The notes: generated by a model from the letters alone, not told the origin. DNA of 64,000 nucleotides from an uncultured Candidatus Saccharibacteria bacterium (GCA_964349485.1 CAYGGE010000002.1:72060-136059); one strand, 5' to 3'. Positions 19,968 through 29,040 are shown, counted from the stretch's first letter. Made by a program: numbers and translations.

Positions 19968-22772
19968 ATGCACATGATGCAATTTCTCAATAAGACTAAA
20001 TCGGTCATCTACCTGCTTCTTGCTGCAGTCCTTTTTGGCCAGGCAATAAGTTATGCCAATGTCACGAAAGCAAGTATTGACGGTCCCGTTCAAGTGTTGA
20101 CCGCCGTTCAAAACTATACTCATGACACGGCTATGTTGCCATCGGTTAACGCACAAGTGGATGAACAGGTGCAATTCCGGGTTTTCGTCAAGAATACGTC
20201 CGGCGATGAACGATTAAATGGGGTTCGCGTTCGAACCGAGCTTGATCCATTCTTAGAGTACGTTGCAGGTTCAACAAAGTTGGAGTTCCACACCGCCCAA
20301 TTCGATGATATGCCGGATGGTATTGTTAGTGGCGGACTAGATTTACCTGAGTTTCCTCGACATAAGACAGCCTACTTATACTTCCTAGCCAAGGTTAAGA
20401 ATGGCGCTTCCGGTACTTTGACACAGATATCGCACGTGACTTACCAAAACTTCCACGCCACCGATACTACAGCTCGTGTCGTCGTTGGTGGCAGCAATGA
20501 AGTCGTGCCGCCCCGTATGCTTGTCGATACGGCTGTAATCAATTTGGGAACCAACCCGAACCCGAGCGATCCGAGCGCTGATTGGCGTGATCGGGTGATG
20601 GCAGAAGTTAATGATACGGTGGGTATCTCTATTGAAGTGCAAAATGACCATCCGACTGCTACTAATTCTCGACTTAAAGAGGTCACGGTTAAGGCTAGCA
20701 AGAACGATATCAACGGCGGATTCCGGGTTCGAGGTACAGCCTCGGCTGATAACCACGAAGATCGAATCAACGATGCATTTATCGATACAAACGCCAATAT
20801 CTTGAACTATGTGAGTGGTTCGGCGCGTACATACTTTTACGATGCCTCCGGAACTCTTGTCTCTCTGCCCCTTGGTGACGCAGTTATGAGTAATGGGGTC
20901 AGTGTTGGGGATATCGATGCCGGTCGTCTGGCTAAAGCCAAATACGTCTACTTCGAGATGCGCTTAGCCGATCGACAGACTAGCGGTACGATACAGATCG
21001 AAAAGCACTTGTACAAAAATGGTGGCTGGGTACAAAATCCTGATCCGGATAAACAGGTCGACTTCGTCTTTACGTTACCGAGTGGCACTGAACTAACTGT
21101 TCGAACCGATAATCATGGTTCAGCGGTCATGGATAACCTGCCCTTTGGTACCTATACTGTTCGTGAGATTGTCCCAGTCAGTTATGAGTTGGTTGAACTA
21201 ACTCCATCACAATTCACTCTTGACGAAGGTAATCTTGTTCAACAGGTAGTGGCACAGAATAAACAGCTCATCGTTACAGATGACAAAGGTAACCTGACCA
21301 TTGTCAAATTCATCGACACAGACGGTGATGGGGTTCAGGATGCAAATGAAGGTCCTCAAGCTGGTGTAACCTTTACAGTGAGTGGTCCAAACAACTATTC
21401 GGTCACCCGGGTAACCAATGCCGATGGTCATATTGAATTGACCGACTTGGCGCTTGGAGCCTACACGGCTACTGAAACGGTTCCTTTGGGCTATACGGTG
21501 ACAACAGCAAACCCACAAAATAGTGAAGTCATAGCTAACCAAACCCGAACCTTAGCCTTTGGTAATAAACCAATTGTGGTTACACCTAAGGGTAATCTTC
21601 AGATCATTAAGTTCGAAGATAAGAACGCCAACCGGGTCCAAGACGCTGGTGAACCATTCATGGCCGACGTGGTCTTTACCGTAACCGGTCCAAACGGTTA
21701 CAGCGTGACGCGTAACACAGCGGACAATGGTCAAATCAATCTAACTGATCTGCCTTTTGGTTCATACGAGGTGACTGAACAAGTGCCAAGTGGTTTCCGT
21801 GTGACTACCGACAACCCGCAAACTAGTGTGGTGGAAGCTAACGACGCGGCTGTTGTTCGATTTGGTAATCAACAGATCCCTACTGAAACGCACAAGGGTA
21901 GCCTGAAGATTATCAAGTTTGAAGATAAAAATGGTAATCGTGAATTCGATTCAGACGAACCGACTATGAAAGCTATCGCCTTTAAGATTACCGGACCTGC
22001 CGGTTTCAGTCTAACTAAACTAACCGATGATCACGGGGTTATCTTACTAGAGAACCTTGACCTCGGTACCTACACCGCGACTGAAAATGTTCCTGAAGGA
22101 TATCGATCAACCACCGATAACCCACAGAGTGGCCAAGTAACTGTGAACGTCATGAAGGTCTTGCGGTTTGGTAACCAGAAGGTAGTCATCGTTACGCCGA
22201 CCCCAACTCCTACGTCTCCTAAATTGCAACTGACTAAGTACGTCGGTAACGCCAGTCGTAACGAAGCGACCGACAAGACGGCCACTAATGCTTCGGCTGG
22301 TCAGACAGTTAGTTGGAGACTACTAGTTAAGAGTTTGGGTGATGTTACACTCAAACAACTAAAACTCGAAGACACCTTACCGGCTAACGTCAAACTAGTT
22401 GGCGATATTGTCATTACAAGAGACGGTCAAAAAGCCAAATTGCTTGGCTTAACTCGCGACGCGGTATTGATAGGTGACTTAGCTAAAGGTCAAGAAGTAA
22501 CGATTGAGTTCCAAACTGTGATCAGCGCTGATGTGGCTTGTCACAACGAGCTAACGAATAACGCAGCCGCTTATGCTGATAACCACGATCGGGTCTACAG
22601 CCAAGCCAAGGTCTTGACCGAGTGTGTGATAGCCGATCCGGCCCAACAGGCGCTCGTCCCAACCGGTGCAAACGAAGCCCTACTGTCCTTGGTTCTTTCT
22701 GGACTAAGTGTCATGGGCTACACCTACACAAGACAGCGAAAAACTCTCGACAAGCTTATTGCTCGATTCTGA
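19968..22772 (+). CDS. Cell-surface protein with a sortase-type sorting signal (LVPTG), four SdrD-B/Cna-B-like repeats and DUF11-like end domains
   Basis: Signal peptide present. There are four repeats of about 100 aa with the pattern (K)G(N/S)L.I.KF.D.(N/D)G...D..E.....V.F.VTGP.G(Y/F)S.T..T.D.G.I.L.DL..G.Y...E.VP.G(Y/F). The C-terminus is LVPTG, then a hydrophobic stretch, then RQRK. Confidence 0.7.
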   Translation: MHMMQFLNKTKSVIYLLLAAVLFGQAISYANVTKASIDGPVQVLTAVQNYTHDTAMLPSVNAQVDEQVQFRVFVKNTSGDERLNGVRVRTELDPFLEYVAGSTKLEFHTAQFDDMPDGIVSGGLDLPEFPRHKTAYLYFLAKVKNGASGTLTQISHVTYQNFHATDTTARVVVGGSNEVVPPRMLVDTAVINLGTNPNPSDPSADWRDRVMAEVNDTVGISIEVQNDHPTATNSRLKEVTVKASKNDINGGFRVRGTASADNHEDRINDAFIDTNANILNYVSGSARTYFYDASGTLVSLPLGDAVMSNGVSVGDIDAGRLAKAKYVYFEMRLADRQTSGTIQIEKHLYKNGGWVQNPDPDKQVDFVFTLPSGTELTVRTDNHGSAVMDNLPFGTYTVREIVPVSYELVELTPSQFTLDEGNLVQQVVAQNKQLIVTDDKGNLTIVKFIDTDGDGVQDANEGPQAGVTFTVSGPNNYSVTRVTNADGHIELTDLALGAYTATETVPLGYTVTTANPQNSEVIANQTRTLAFGNKPIVVTPKGNLQIIKFEDKNANRVQDAGEPFMADVVFTVTGPNGYSVTRNTADNGQINLTDLPFGSYEVTEQVPSGFRVTTDNPQTSVVEANDAAVVRFGNQQIPTETHKGSLKIIKFEDKNGNREFDSDEPTMKAIAFKITGPAGFSLTKLTDDHGVILLENLDLGTYTATENVPEGYRSTTDNPQSGQVTVNVMKVLRFGNQKVVIVTPTPTPTSPKLQLTKYVGNASRNEATDKTATNASAGQTVSWRLLVKSLGDVTLKQLKLEDTLPANVKLVGDIVITRDGQKAKLLGLTRDAVLIGDLAKGQEVTIEFQTVISADVACHNELTNNAAAYADNHDRVYSQAKVLTECVIADPAQQALVPTGANEALLSLVLSGLSVMGYTYTRQRKTLDKLIARF

Positions 22773-22786
22773 AAAGAGTAAGGGCC

Positions 22787-22828
22787 AAAGACAAAGAAGA
22801 ACGCCACGCCGCGTTCTTCTTTGTCTTC
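22787..22828 (+). terminator. Strong stem-loop after the surface-protein gene
   Basis: aaagacaaagaagaacgc / gcgttcttctttgtcttc forms a perfect stem of about 17 bp with a 6-nt loop. Confidence 0.5.
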
Positions 22829-22879
22829 TAGCTTATAGTCATATATCAACCTATCAATCCCTTATGGTAAGATAAATCT

Positions 22880-23878
22880 ATGGAAGACCGACTTATTGAA
22901 CTAGCCAAACTACTGGGGATCGATACTAAACGTCATCGAATTACCGAAATAGAGACTGCAATGGAAGCAGCTGATTTTTGGCAAGACCATGAAACTGCCG
23001 GCCGACTATCACAAGAATTGACTCGTCTCAAGGAAGTAGTTGAACAGTACGAATTAGTGCTACTCGACCCAACTGATCCCGAAGCCAAAAAACTACTCGA
23101 GAAACTTGAGTTTGAGACGCTGTTTAGCGGACAATATGATCACCAGAATGTTATTCTGAGCATCCATGCCGGTGCTGGAGGGACTGAAGCTCAAGACTGG
23201 GCAGCGATGTTGTTACGGATGTTTCAGCGTTACGCAGAGCGAAAGGCATGGCAAACTCGGTTGATCGATCTGTCGCATGGAGAAGAAGCGGGTATCAAGT
23301 CAGCAACTTTAGAGTTGCAAGGACCCCAAGCCTATGGATTATTAAAAAGTGAAGCAGGTGTCCACCGATTAGTGCGGATCTCGCCATTTGATGCGGATAA
23401 AGCCAGACACACCTCATTTGTACTTGTTGAAATCACTCCTGAAGTTGATAACCTAAAAGCAATTGACATTAAGCCCGATGACCTAAGGATTGATGTCTAT
23501 CGGTCTGGCGGTCACGGTGGTCAAAGTGTTAATACAACGGACTCAGCTGTCAGAATTACACATCTTCCGACCGGATTAGTAGTAACTAGTCAAAATGAAC
23601 GAAGCCAACTGCAGAACAAAGAACTTGCCATGAAGGTTCTCGTCTCACGACTACTTGCAAAGCAAAACGAAGACCAACGCAAACGTGATGTCGAATTGCG
23701 GGGCGAACATGTTTCTGCCGAGTGGGGGAACCAGATTCGCTCATATGTCTTACATCCTTATCAAATGGTCAAAGATCATCGGACAGAAATTGAGACCAGC
23801 AATACCGAGGCGGTACTGGGCGGTGATCTCGACATGTTCGTAGAAGGGTATTTACGAATGCAGGTAAACAAGGCATAA
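22880..23878 (+). CDS. prfB: Peptide chain release factor 2, with no programmed frameshift
   Basis: SPFDADKARHTSF (the RF2-specific SPF motif) and GGQ (SGGHGGQSVN). It is a single ORF with an in-frame stop 9 nt upstream of the ATG. Confidence 0.85.
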   Translation: MEDRLIELAKLLGIDTKRHRITEIETAMEAADFWQDHETAGRLSQELTRLKEVVEQYELVLLDPTDPEAKKLLEKLEFETLFSGQYDHQNVILSIHAGAGGTEAQDWAAMLLRMFQRYAERKAWQTRLIDLSHGEEAGIKSATLELQGPQAYGLLKSEAGVHRLVRISPFDADKARHTSFVLVEITPEVDNLKAIDIKPDDLRIDVYRSGGHGGQSVNTTDSAVRITHLPTGLVVTSQNERSQLQNKELAMKVLVSRLLAKQNEDQRKRDVELRGEHVSAEWGNQIRSYVLHPYQMVKDHRTEIETSNTEAVLGGDLDMFVEGYLRMQVNKA

Positions 23879-23913
23879 TGTCAGAGTTCATTAACTAACG
23901 TAATGGAGTAACG

Positions 23914-24219
23914 ATGCTTGATAAAATGAAACAGCTTTACGACATGCAGAAGAAGGCGAAGCAAGTCCAGAAAGAACTTAAAGAGACGGAGATTGAAGCC
24001 AAGTCGAACGATGGCAACGTGACAGTTGTCTTTAACGGTGAGGTCCGGATCATTAGTATCGCGATCGAGGAAGCCCTGCTCGTGCCAGAGAAGAAATTTG
24101 AGTTAGAGCAAGCCATCAAGAATACCGTCGCTCAAGCCATCTCGAAAGCCCAAGGCATCGCCGCCGAAAAAGCTAAAGGCATGATGGGGGATTTAGGAAT
24201 TAATTTACCAGGGATGTAA
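23914..24219 (+). CDS. ybaB: Nucleoid-associated protein YbaB/EbfC
   Basis: About 100 aa. MLDKMKQLYDMQKKAKQVQKEL...VTVVFNGEVRII matches the family pattern. Confidence 0.75.
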   Translation: MLDKMKQLYDMQKKAKQVQKELKETEIEAKSNDGNVTVVFNGEVRIISIAIEEALLVPEKKFELEQAIKNTVAQAISKAQGIAAEKAKGMMGDLGINLPGM

Positions 24220-24242
24220 TTCGCTAAAGAGTAAAAATCATC

Positions 24243-24839
24243 ATGAAATTGATCGTAGGTTTGGGCAATCCAGGCAAGGAGTACGAGAAGACTCGTCATA
24301 ACGTTGGGTTTATGGTTCTTGATGCTCTGACCGATCATCTAGAAACAGAATTTTGTGATATGTCACGGTTCTCGGCCTCGACAGCTGAGTTCAATAGTCA
24401 TGGTGAAAAAGTTGTCCTCCTTAAGCCCCAGACCTTCATGAATAAGTCGGGTGAGTCGGTTGCTAAATTTGCCTCCTATTACAAACTAGAGCCCAAAGAT
24501 ATTTGGATTATTAGTGACGATCTTGACATGCCTTTAGGGCGAATTCGAATCCGTCACGAAGGTAGCTCCGGTGGTCATAACGGCTTGAATTCAATTATCG
24601 AATCTTTGGGCAATGAAGAGTTCACGCGTATTCGCCTAGGCATTGAGGAATTTACCGGTGTCACAGATAGTACCGTCGCACTGCGATCTGAACCAGAGGC
24701 CTCGGTTTTCGTTCTTCAACCATTTACTAAACGTGAAGAGCAATTGCGCGACAAAGTGATTGAAGCGACTCGTGATATCTTGCTTCAGGGATTAGGGTCA
24801 ACGCCCCTGACTGCTCATACAATTGAAGTCGCTAGTTGA
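24243..24839 (+). CDS. pth: Peptidyl-tRNA hydrolase
   Basis: MKLIVGLGNPGKEYEKTRHNVGF is a canonical Pth N-terminus. Confidence 0.85.
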   Translation: MKLIVGLGNPGKEYEKTRHNVGFMVLDALTDHLETEFCDMSRFSASTAEFNSHGEKVVLLKPQTFMNKSGESVAKFASYYKLEPKDIWIISDDLDMPLGRIRIRHEGSSGGHNGLNSIIESLGNEEFTRIRLGIEEFTGVTDSTVALRSEPEASVFVLQPFTKREEQLRDKVIEATRDILLQGLGSTPLTAHTIEVAS

Positions 24840-24894
24840 CTTACGACCGTTAACTTGTTAGAATAACAGATATAAAAAAATAAGTGGGAGGACT

Positions 24895-25704
24895 TTGTCC
24901 GTTACTACCACAGAAAGGTCAACTATGGCCGCAAAAAAGGAAACTGACCGAGTTTCAAGAGAAGTCGAAGCTAACGAGATTACATCTCTCGAAGCTAAAT
25001 TAGATGCGATGAAGGCTGTCAATGATACGCAAAGCGAATCAGGGAATGAATCGACTGAAATCGTTGCTAAGACTAAAAAGTCCTCAAAGACTACTAAGCC
25101 AAAAAAAGCGGCTCATGGCACTAAACATCAATCAGCTGTAAAACTGGTTGAACACCTGAAGAGTTACCAACTTTCTGAGGCTCTTGAATTAGTCAAAAAG
25201 ACCTCATATACCGCCTTCGATGGTGCACTTGATGTTCATGTTCGACTAGCGGCCGCAAAAAAGTCTGATGATAACGTTCGTGGAACTGTTACTCTACCGC
25301 ACGGAACTGGTAAGGAGAAGCGGGTTGTCATCATCGACGAACCGATGATCGAGAAGATCGAAAAGGGTTGGCTCGACTTCGATATCGCCGTCACTACTCC
25401 AGAGATGATGCCAAAACTAGCCAAACTAGCTAAAGTACTCGGACCAAAAGGTCTGATGCCTAATCCAAAATCGGGTACGGTTAGTACAGAACCAGAGAAG
25501 ATTGCCCAAGAGCTCAAGGTTGGACGGGTTGAGTTTAAAGCCGATTCACTCGGCAATATTCACCAATCGATTGGACGAGTTTCCTGGGACGATGCCAAAC
25601 TGATCGAAAATTTCCAGGTCTTTATCGCGGCCTTACCAAAGAGCCGTCTAAAATCGGTCACGATCGCCCCGACTATGGGTCCTGGGGTTAAAGTCAGCCT
25701 TTAA
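24895..25704 (+). CDS. rplA: Ribosomal protein uL1 with a Lys-rich N-terminal extension of about 65 aa
   Basis: The core ...[41 protein letters not shown]... matches L1. TTG start after GGGAGG. An alternative ATG lies at 24925. Confidence 0.8.
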   Translation: MSVTTTERSTMAAKKETDRVSREVEANEITSLEAKLDAMKAVNDTQSESGNESTEIVAKTKKSSKTTKPKKAAHGTKHQSAVKLVEHLKSYQLSEALELVKKTSYTAFDGALDVHVRLAAAKKSDDNVRGTVTLPHGTGKEKRVVIIDEPMIEKIEKGWLDFDIAVTTPEMMPKLAKLAKVLGPKGLMPNPKSGTVSTEPEKIAQELKVGRVEFKADSLGNIHQSIGRVSWDDAKLIENFQVFIAALPKSRLKSVTIAPTMGPGVKVSL

Positions 25705-25729
25705 ATAGCGCCGAAATGAGATGAAAAAA

Positions 25730-25754
25730 CCAGCAGTTACTCGCTGGTTTTTTT
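25730..25754 (+). terminator. Rho-independent terminator after rplA
   Basis: Hairpin ccagc-agttactc-gctgg followed by TTTTTTT. Confidence 0.6.
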
Positions 25755-25810
25755 CTATCCTTGCCGAATGATCGACAATCAGCTATCGTAGTATCAGAGG
25801 GGAGGGAACA

Positions 25811-26224
25811 GTGCCACGAGGAGACGTGAAAACGTTTAGCGACGAGATTATCGTACCGGTAATCAGTTTTTTGACACTGCTTGCAGGTGTACTTGGTGTC
25901 TTAAATTTTCTTTATGATCCAATCTTCAGTGCTGAATCGATCGTCGCCCTGGCCGCTTCGATCATGGCCTTTCCTGGTGGTATCCACCTCTGGCATTTTC
26001 GACATCTCGGTTGGTTGATGACTTTGTCGGTATTCGGTGTCTCAGAACTCCTTGTCCTGACTTCGCATGTGACTTCAAGCGAGATACTTGGCCCCGTCTA
26101 TTTCTTCGTCTTTACGTTGTTTTACGGTGTGCAGGCCTATTATCTTCTGGTTAGGCGTGATCTGTTCAATTATCCAGATTTCCACGCCCGAGCGCGTAAG
26201 ATGGCGACAGTACTTGACGAATAG
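25811..26224 (+). CDS. Small integral membrane protein (hypothetical) between rplA and rplJ
   Basis: 137 aa with 3-4 predicted TM helices. GTG start 4 nt after GGAGGG. Confidence 0.45.
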   Translation: MPRGDVKTFSDEIIVPVISFLTLLAGVLGVLNFLYDPIFSAESIVALAASIMAFPGGIHLWHFRHLGWLMTLSVFGVSELLVLTSHVTSSEILGPVYFFVFTLFYGVQAYYLLVRRDLFNYPDFHARARKMATVLDE

Positions 26225-26320
26225 ACGTTTAATCTGTATACTCACACCATATAGCCAGAGACTGTAGGGGTCCCGCTTCTAAGAGTTAGGGAATTAAACG
26301 GTCGGACCTACTGAGGCTTG

Positions 26321-26417
26321 ATCTAGTTGAACTGGTTTTCTAGTTGTCTGGTTTTTTTACCGGAGAACAAGAGAACTAGACAACTAGATAACAAAACTCT
26401 GGATACCCAGAGTTTTT
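26321..26417 (+). promoter_or_regulatory. rplJ (L10) leader: alternative stem-loops ending in a terminator/attenuator hairpin
   Basis: Tandem tctagttg(a/t)(a/c)ctggtttt units, the complementary aactagacaactag, and a terminal ctctgg-ata-cccagag hairpin followed by TTTTT (26397-26417), just upstream of the rplJ RBS AAGAGGAG. Confidence 0.55.
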
Positions 26418-26437
26418 ATTTAACCAAGAGGAGTGGT

Positions 26438-26959
26438 ATGAATATTACCCGAGCCATGAAGGAAGAGCGATTAGCGGAAACACGTGACCTTGTTGCTAAA
26501 CAACAGGCGATCATTTTCGTCAAATACCTCGGTCTTTCAGCCATTGACGTCGATACGGCCCGTCGCGATATCGAAGCGAGCGGTGCAAAATATCTCGTTA
26601 CCAAGAACACGCTCCTTCGTATTGCCTTAACTGATTCAAATTTACCAACCGAGATTGAAGCTATAACCCAGCCAATCGCTACAGTTTTTGCCTTAGAGGA
26701 CCAAGTCGCTACGGCCAAAGCGATCGTCAAAGCTAACAAAACCTTCGAAGGTCTCCAGATTTTGGGTGGGATCATCGATGGTGAGTTAGTTGACGAGGCG
26801 ACCATTCGAACCTTGGCAACCTTGCCAGGCAGACAAGAATTGCTGGCCAAATTGGTTGGTTCAGTTGCGGCTCCCTTATCTGGATTGGTTTCAGTCCTGT
26901 CTGGGAATCTGCGCGGCTTAGTCTCCGTTTTGCACCAATACGAACAGAAAAAAGCGTAA
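26438..26959 (+). CDS. rplJ: Ribosomal protein uL10
   Basis: MNITRAMKEERLAETRDLVAKQQAIIFVKYLGLSAIDVDTARRD matches L10. AAGAGGAG lies 6 nt upstream. The longer ORF from 26327 is rejected. Confidence 0.85.
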   Translation: MNITRAMKEERLAETRDLVAKQQAIIFVKYLGLSAIDVDTARRDIEASGAKYLVTKNTLLRIALTDSNLPTEIEAITQPIATVFALEDQVATAKAIVKANKTFEGLQILGGIIDGELVDEATIRTLATLPGRQELLAKLVGSVAAPLSGLVSVLSGNLRGLVSVLHQYEQKKA

Positions 26960-26986
26960 TCAATAGTTTATAACGAAGGAATATAT

Positions 26987-27613
26987 ATGTCAGACCAAGA
27001 CAATGATCAATCAAATGTAGTTGGTGACGCCGGTCAACTCGACGCTACCGACGAAGAGGCTGCTAAAGATGTAGCCGTCGAAGAAGGCGCCGGAACAACT
27101 GAATCGATTGACGCCGAAGAGGCTGCAATCAACACCGATAACGAAACTGCAACCGAAATAAATAATCCTACGGAGGAAACCATGTCTGAAGAAACCACAA
27201 CTCCAGAAGTAGAGGAAACTGCCGCTGCAACTGGCGAATTTGCCGATCTTATCAAGCAAATCGAAGAATTGCCTGTTGCCAAGTTGGCCTCACTCGTTAA
27301 GGCTCTCGAAGAGCGCTTCGGCGTCTCAGCTGCCGCTCCTATGATGATGGCCGGTGGTGCTGCAGCCGGTGGCGCAGCTACTGAACCAGCTGAAGAGAAG
27401 ACCAGTTTCGACGTCGTCCTGACCTCAGGTGGCGCCAACAAGATTGCCGCGATTAAAGCTGTTCGTGAGATCAAGCCTGATCTAGGCCTCAAAGAAGCTA
27501 AGGATCTAGTCGAAGCTGCTCCTAAGGATGTCCTGAAGGGTGCTAAGAAAGAAGACGCCGAAGCCGCCAAAGCCAAGCTCGAAGCCGCCGGCGCAACTGT
27601 TGAAATGAAGTAA
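26987..27613 (+). CDS. rplL: Ribosomal protein bL12 (L7/L12), possibly with a 65-aa acidic N-terminal extension. An alternative start is at 27182.
   Basis: The C-terminal 143 aa match L12 ([11 protein letters not shown]..., [35 protein letters not shown]). The first ATG (26987) follows AAGGA, and the internal ATG (27182) follows GGAGG. Confidence 0.8.
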   Translation: MSDQDNDQSNVVGDAGQLDATDEEAAKDVAVEEGAGTTESIDAEEAAINTDNETATEINNPTEETMSEETTTPEVEETAAATGEFADLIKQIEELPVAKLASLVKALEERFGVSAAAPMMMAGGAAAGGAATEPAEEKTSFDVVLTSGGANKIAAIKAVREIKPDLGLKEAKDLVEAAPKDVLKGAKKEDAEAAKAKLEAAGATVEMK

Positions 27614-27640
27614 GTAAATCAATTTGCCCACGTAGAAAGA

Positions 27641-27667
27641 AGCTCCACTTAAAAGGAGCTTTTTTCT
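27641..27667 (+). terminator. Rho-independent terminator after rplL
   Basis: Hairpin agctcc-acttaaaa-ggagct followed by TTTTTCTTT. Confidence 0.6.
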
Positions 27668-27679
27668 TTATTTCGACAG

Positions 27680-27708
27680 CTGACAACTCGATATAGATCA
27701 GGTATAAT
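27680..27708 (+). promoter_or_regulatory. sigma70-like promoter CTGACA-17-TATAAT ending 6 nt before the tgt ATG; the transcript is probably leaderless
   Basis: -35 at 27680-85, -10 at 27703-08, ATG at 27715. There is no SD sequence. Confidence 0.4.
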
Positions 27709-27714
27709 CGACCT

Positions 27715-28947
27715 ATGCTCACATTTACTATTAGGGAAAAAGACCAGCAGACGCTAGCCCGTCGGGCTGAGATAGAGTTGGCTCACGGAACTGTTCAAAC
27801 CCCGGCTTTTATGCCGGTGGGAACGGTTGGGGTAGTCAAAACACTTCTTCCTAGCGAGGTGTGGGATCTTGGGGCTGAGATCACTCTTGGCAATACTTAC
27901 CATCTATATTTAAGACCTGGTCATGAGGCTATAAAAGTCTTTGGCGGTATCCAATCGTGGAATAAATGGCAAGGTCCAGTTCTGACTGATTCAGGTGGTT
28001 ACCAGGTATTTAGTTTAGGCAATAAAGCCCTGACCGGTGTTTCTGGCATGCAAGAGGCGGCTCATAAAGAAGGTTTTTACGATGCCGATACGATGCAGGC
28101 GGGCAATGTCCGAATTACCGAAGAAGGGGCCGAGTTTACCTCTCATATCGATGGTAGCAAGCATAAATTTACTCCCGAAAATGTCGTCGATACCCAAATT
28201 GCCCTCGGTTCGGATATTATGATGGTGCTCGATGAGTGCGTTGAGTACCCGGCAACAGAGGATCGAGCCAAGAGCTCTATGGAGCGAACTCATCGCTGGG
28301 CCAAACGAGCGATCGATCATTTTGAACAGTTGCAGGTAGGGGATAGCGACATTGTGAAGAAGCATAATCTATTTGGTATCGCTCAAGGCTCAACATTTTC
28401 AGAATTGCGTAAAGAATCAGTGGAATATATTGCCTCCCTACCGTTTGATGGTATCGCCGTTGGCGGTGTCTCAGTGGGTGAAGGCAAAGAGCACATGTAT
28501 CAAGTCATGGATTGGACCGGTCCTTTACTTCAACCAGAAAGACCACATTACCTCATGGGAATAGGGGAGCCCGAAGACCTAATTAGAGCCGTAGCTAATG
28601 GCTATGATATGTTTGATTGTGTACTGCCAACTCGTCTGGGCCGATACGGCGTAATCTGGCACGTGAATCGAGATAGCGCCGGTCGGTATGAGAGCTTTGA
28701 AAAGTGGGATCTCCGCGGAGCTCGGTTTAGGACCGACCAAGCAGTAATCGATCACACCTGCGACTGTCCAACCTGTAAGGCTGGCTATTCCCGTGCCTAC
28801 ATTGCTCACTTACTACGTGAGAGAGAAGTCACAGGTATCCGTCTTACTACCGTTCATAATCTACGGACCATCTTGCGTTTGATGGAAGATATTCGAGTAG
28901 CCCTAGATGGTGGAATATTTTCTACCAAATTTAAGCCTTTCATTTGA
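27715..28947 (+). CDS. tgt: Queuine tRNA-ribosyltransferase
   Basis: VQTPAFMPVGT, LTDSGGYQV, and the zinc site CDCPTCKAGYSRAYIAHL. Confidence 0.85.
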   Translation: MLTFTIREKDQQTLARRAEIELAHGTVQTPAFMPVGTVGVVKTLLPSEVWDLGAEITLGNTYHLYLRPGHEAIKVFGGIQSWNKWQGPVLTDSGGYQVFSLGNKALTGVSGMQEAAHKEGFYDADTMQAGNVRITEEGAEFTSHIDGSKHKFTPENVVDTQIALGSDIMMVLDECVEYPATEDRAKSSMERTHRWAKRAIDHFEQLQVGDSDIVKKHNLFGIAQGSTFSELRKESVEYIASLPFDGIAVGGVSVGEGKEHMYQVMDWTGPLLQPERPHYLMGIGEPEDLIRAVANGYDMFDCVLPTRLGRYGVIWHVNRDSAGRYESFEKWDLRGARFRTDQAVIDHTCDCPTCKAGYSRAYIAHLLREREVTGIRLTTVHNLRTILRLMEDIRVALDGGIFSTKFKPFI

Positions 28948-29040
28948 CTATTGTTGTTTGGATTTCCGGATTTCTCTTGTGGTCTAGTCGTCAGGGAGAA
29001 AACATTCTATAATATGATTAACCAAATAGGAGGTTTGACC

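Noticed and set aside
26327-26437. Upstream extension of the rplJ ORF (MNWFSSCLVFLPENK...)
   Set aside because: It overlaps the structured L10 leader. The conserved L10 sequence begins at the ATG at 26438, which has a strong SD.
26416-27576. Minus-strand ORFs of 144 and 180 aa antisense to rplJ and rplL
   Set aside because: They are low-complexity Ala/Ser-rich translations opposite highly conserved ribosomal genes, so they are spurious.
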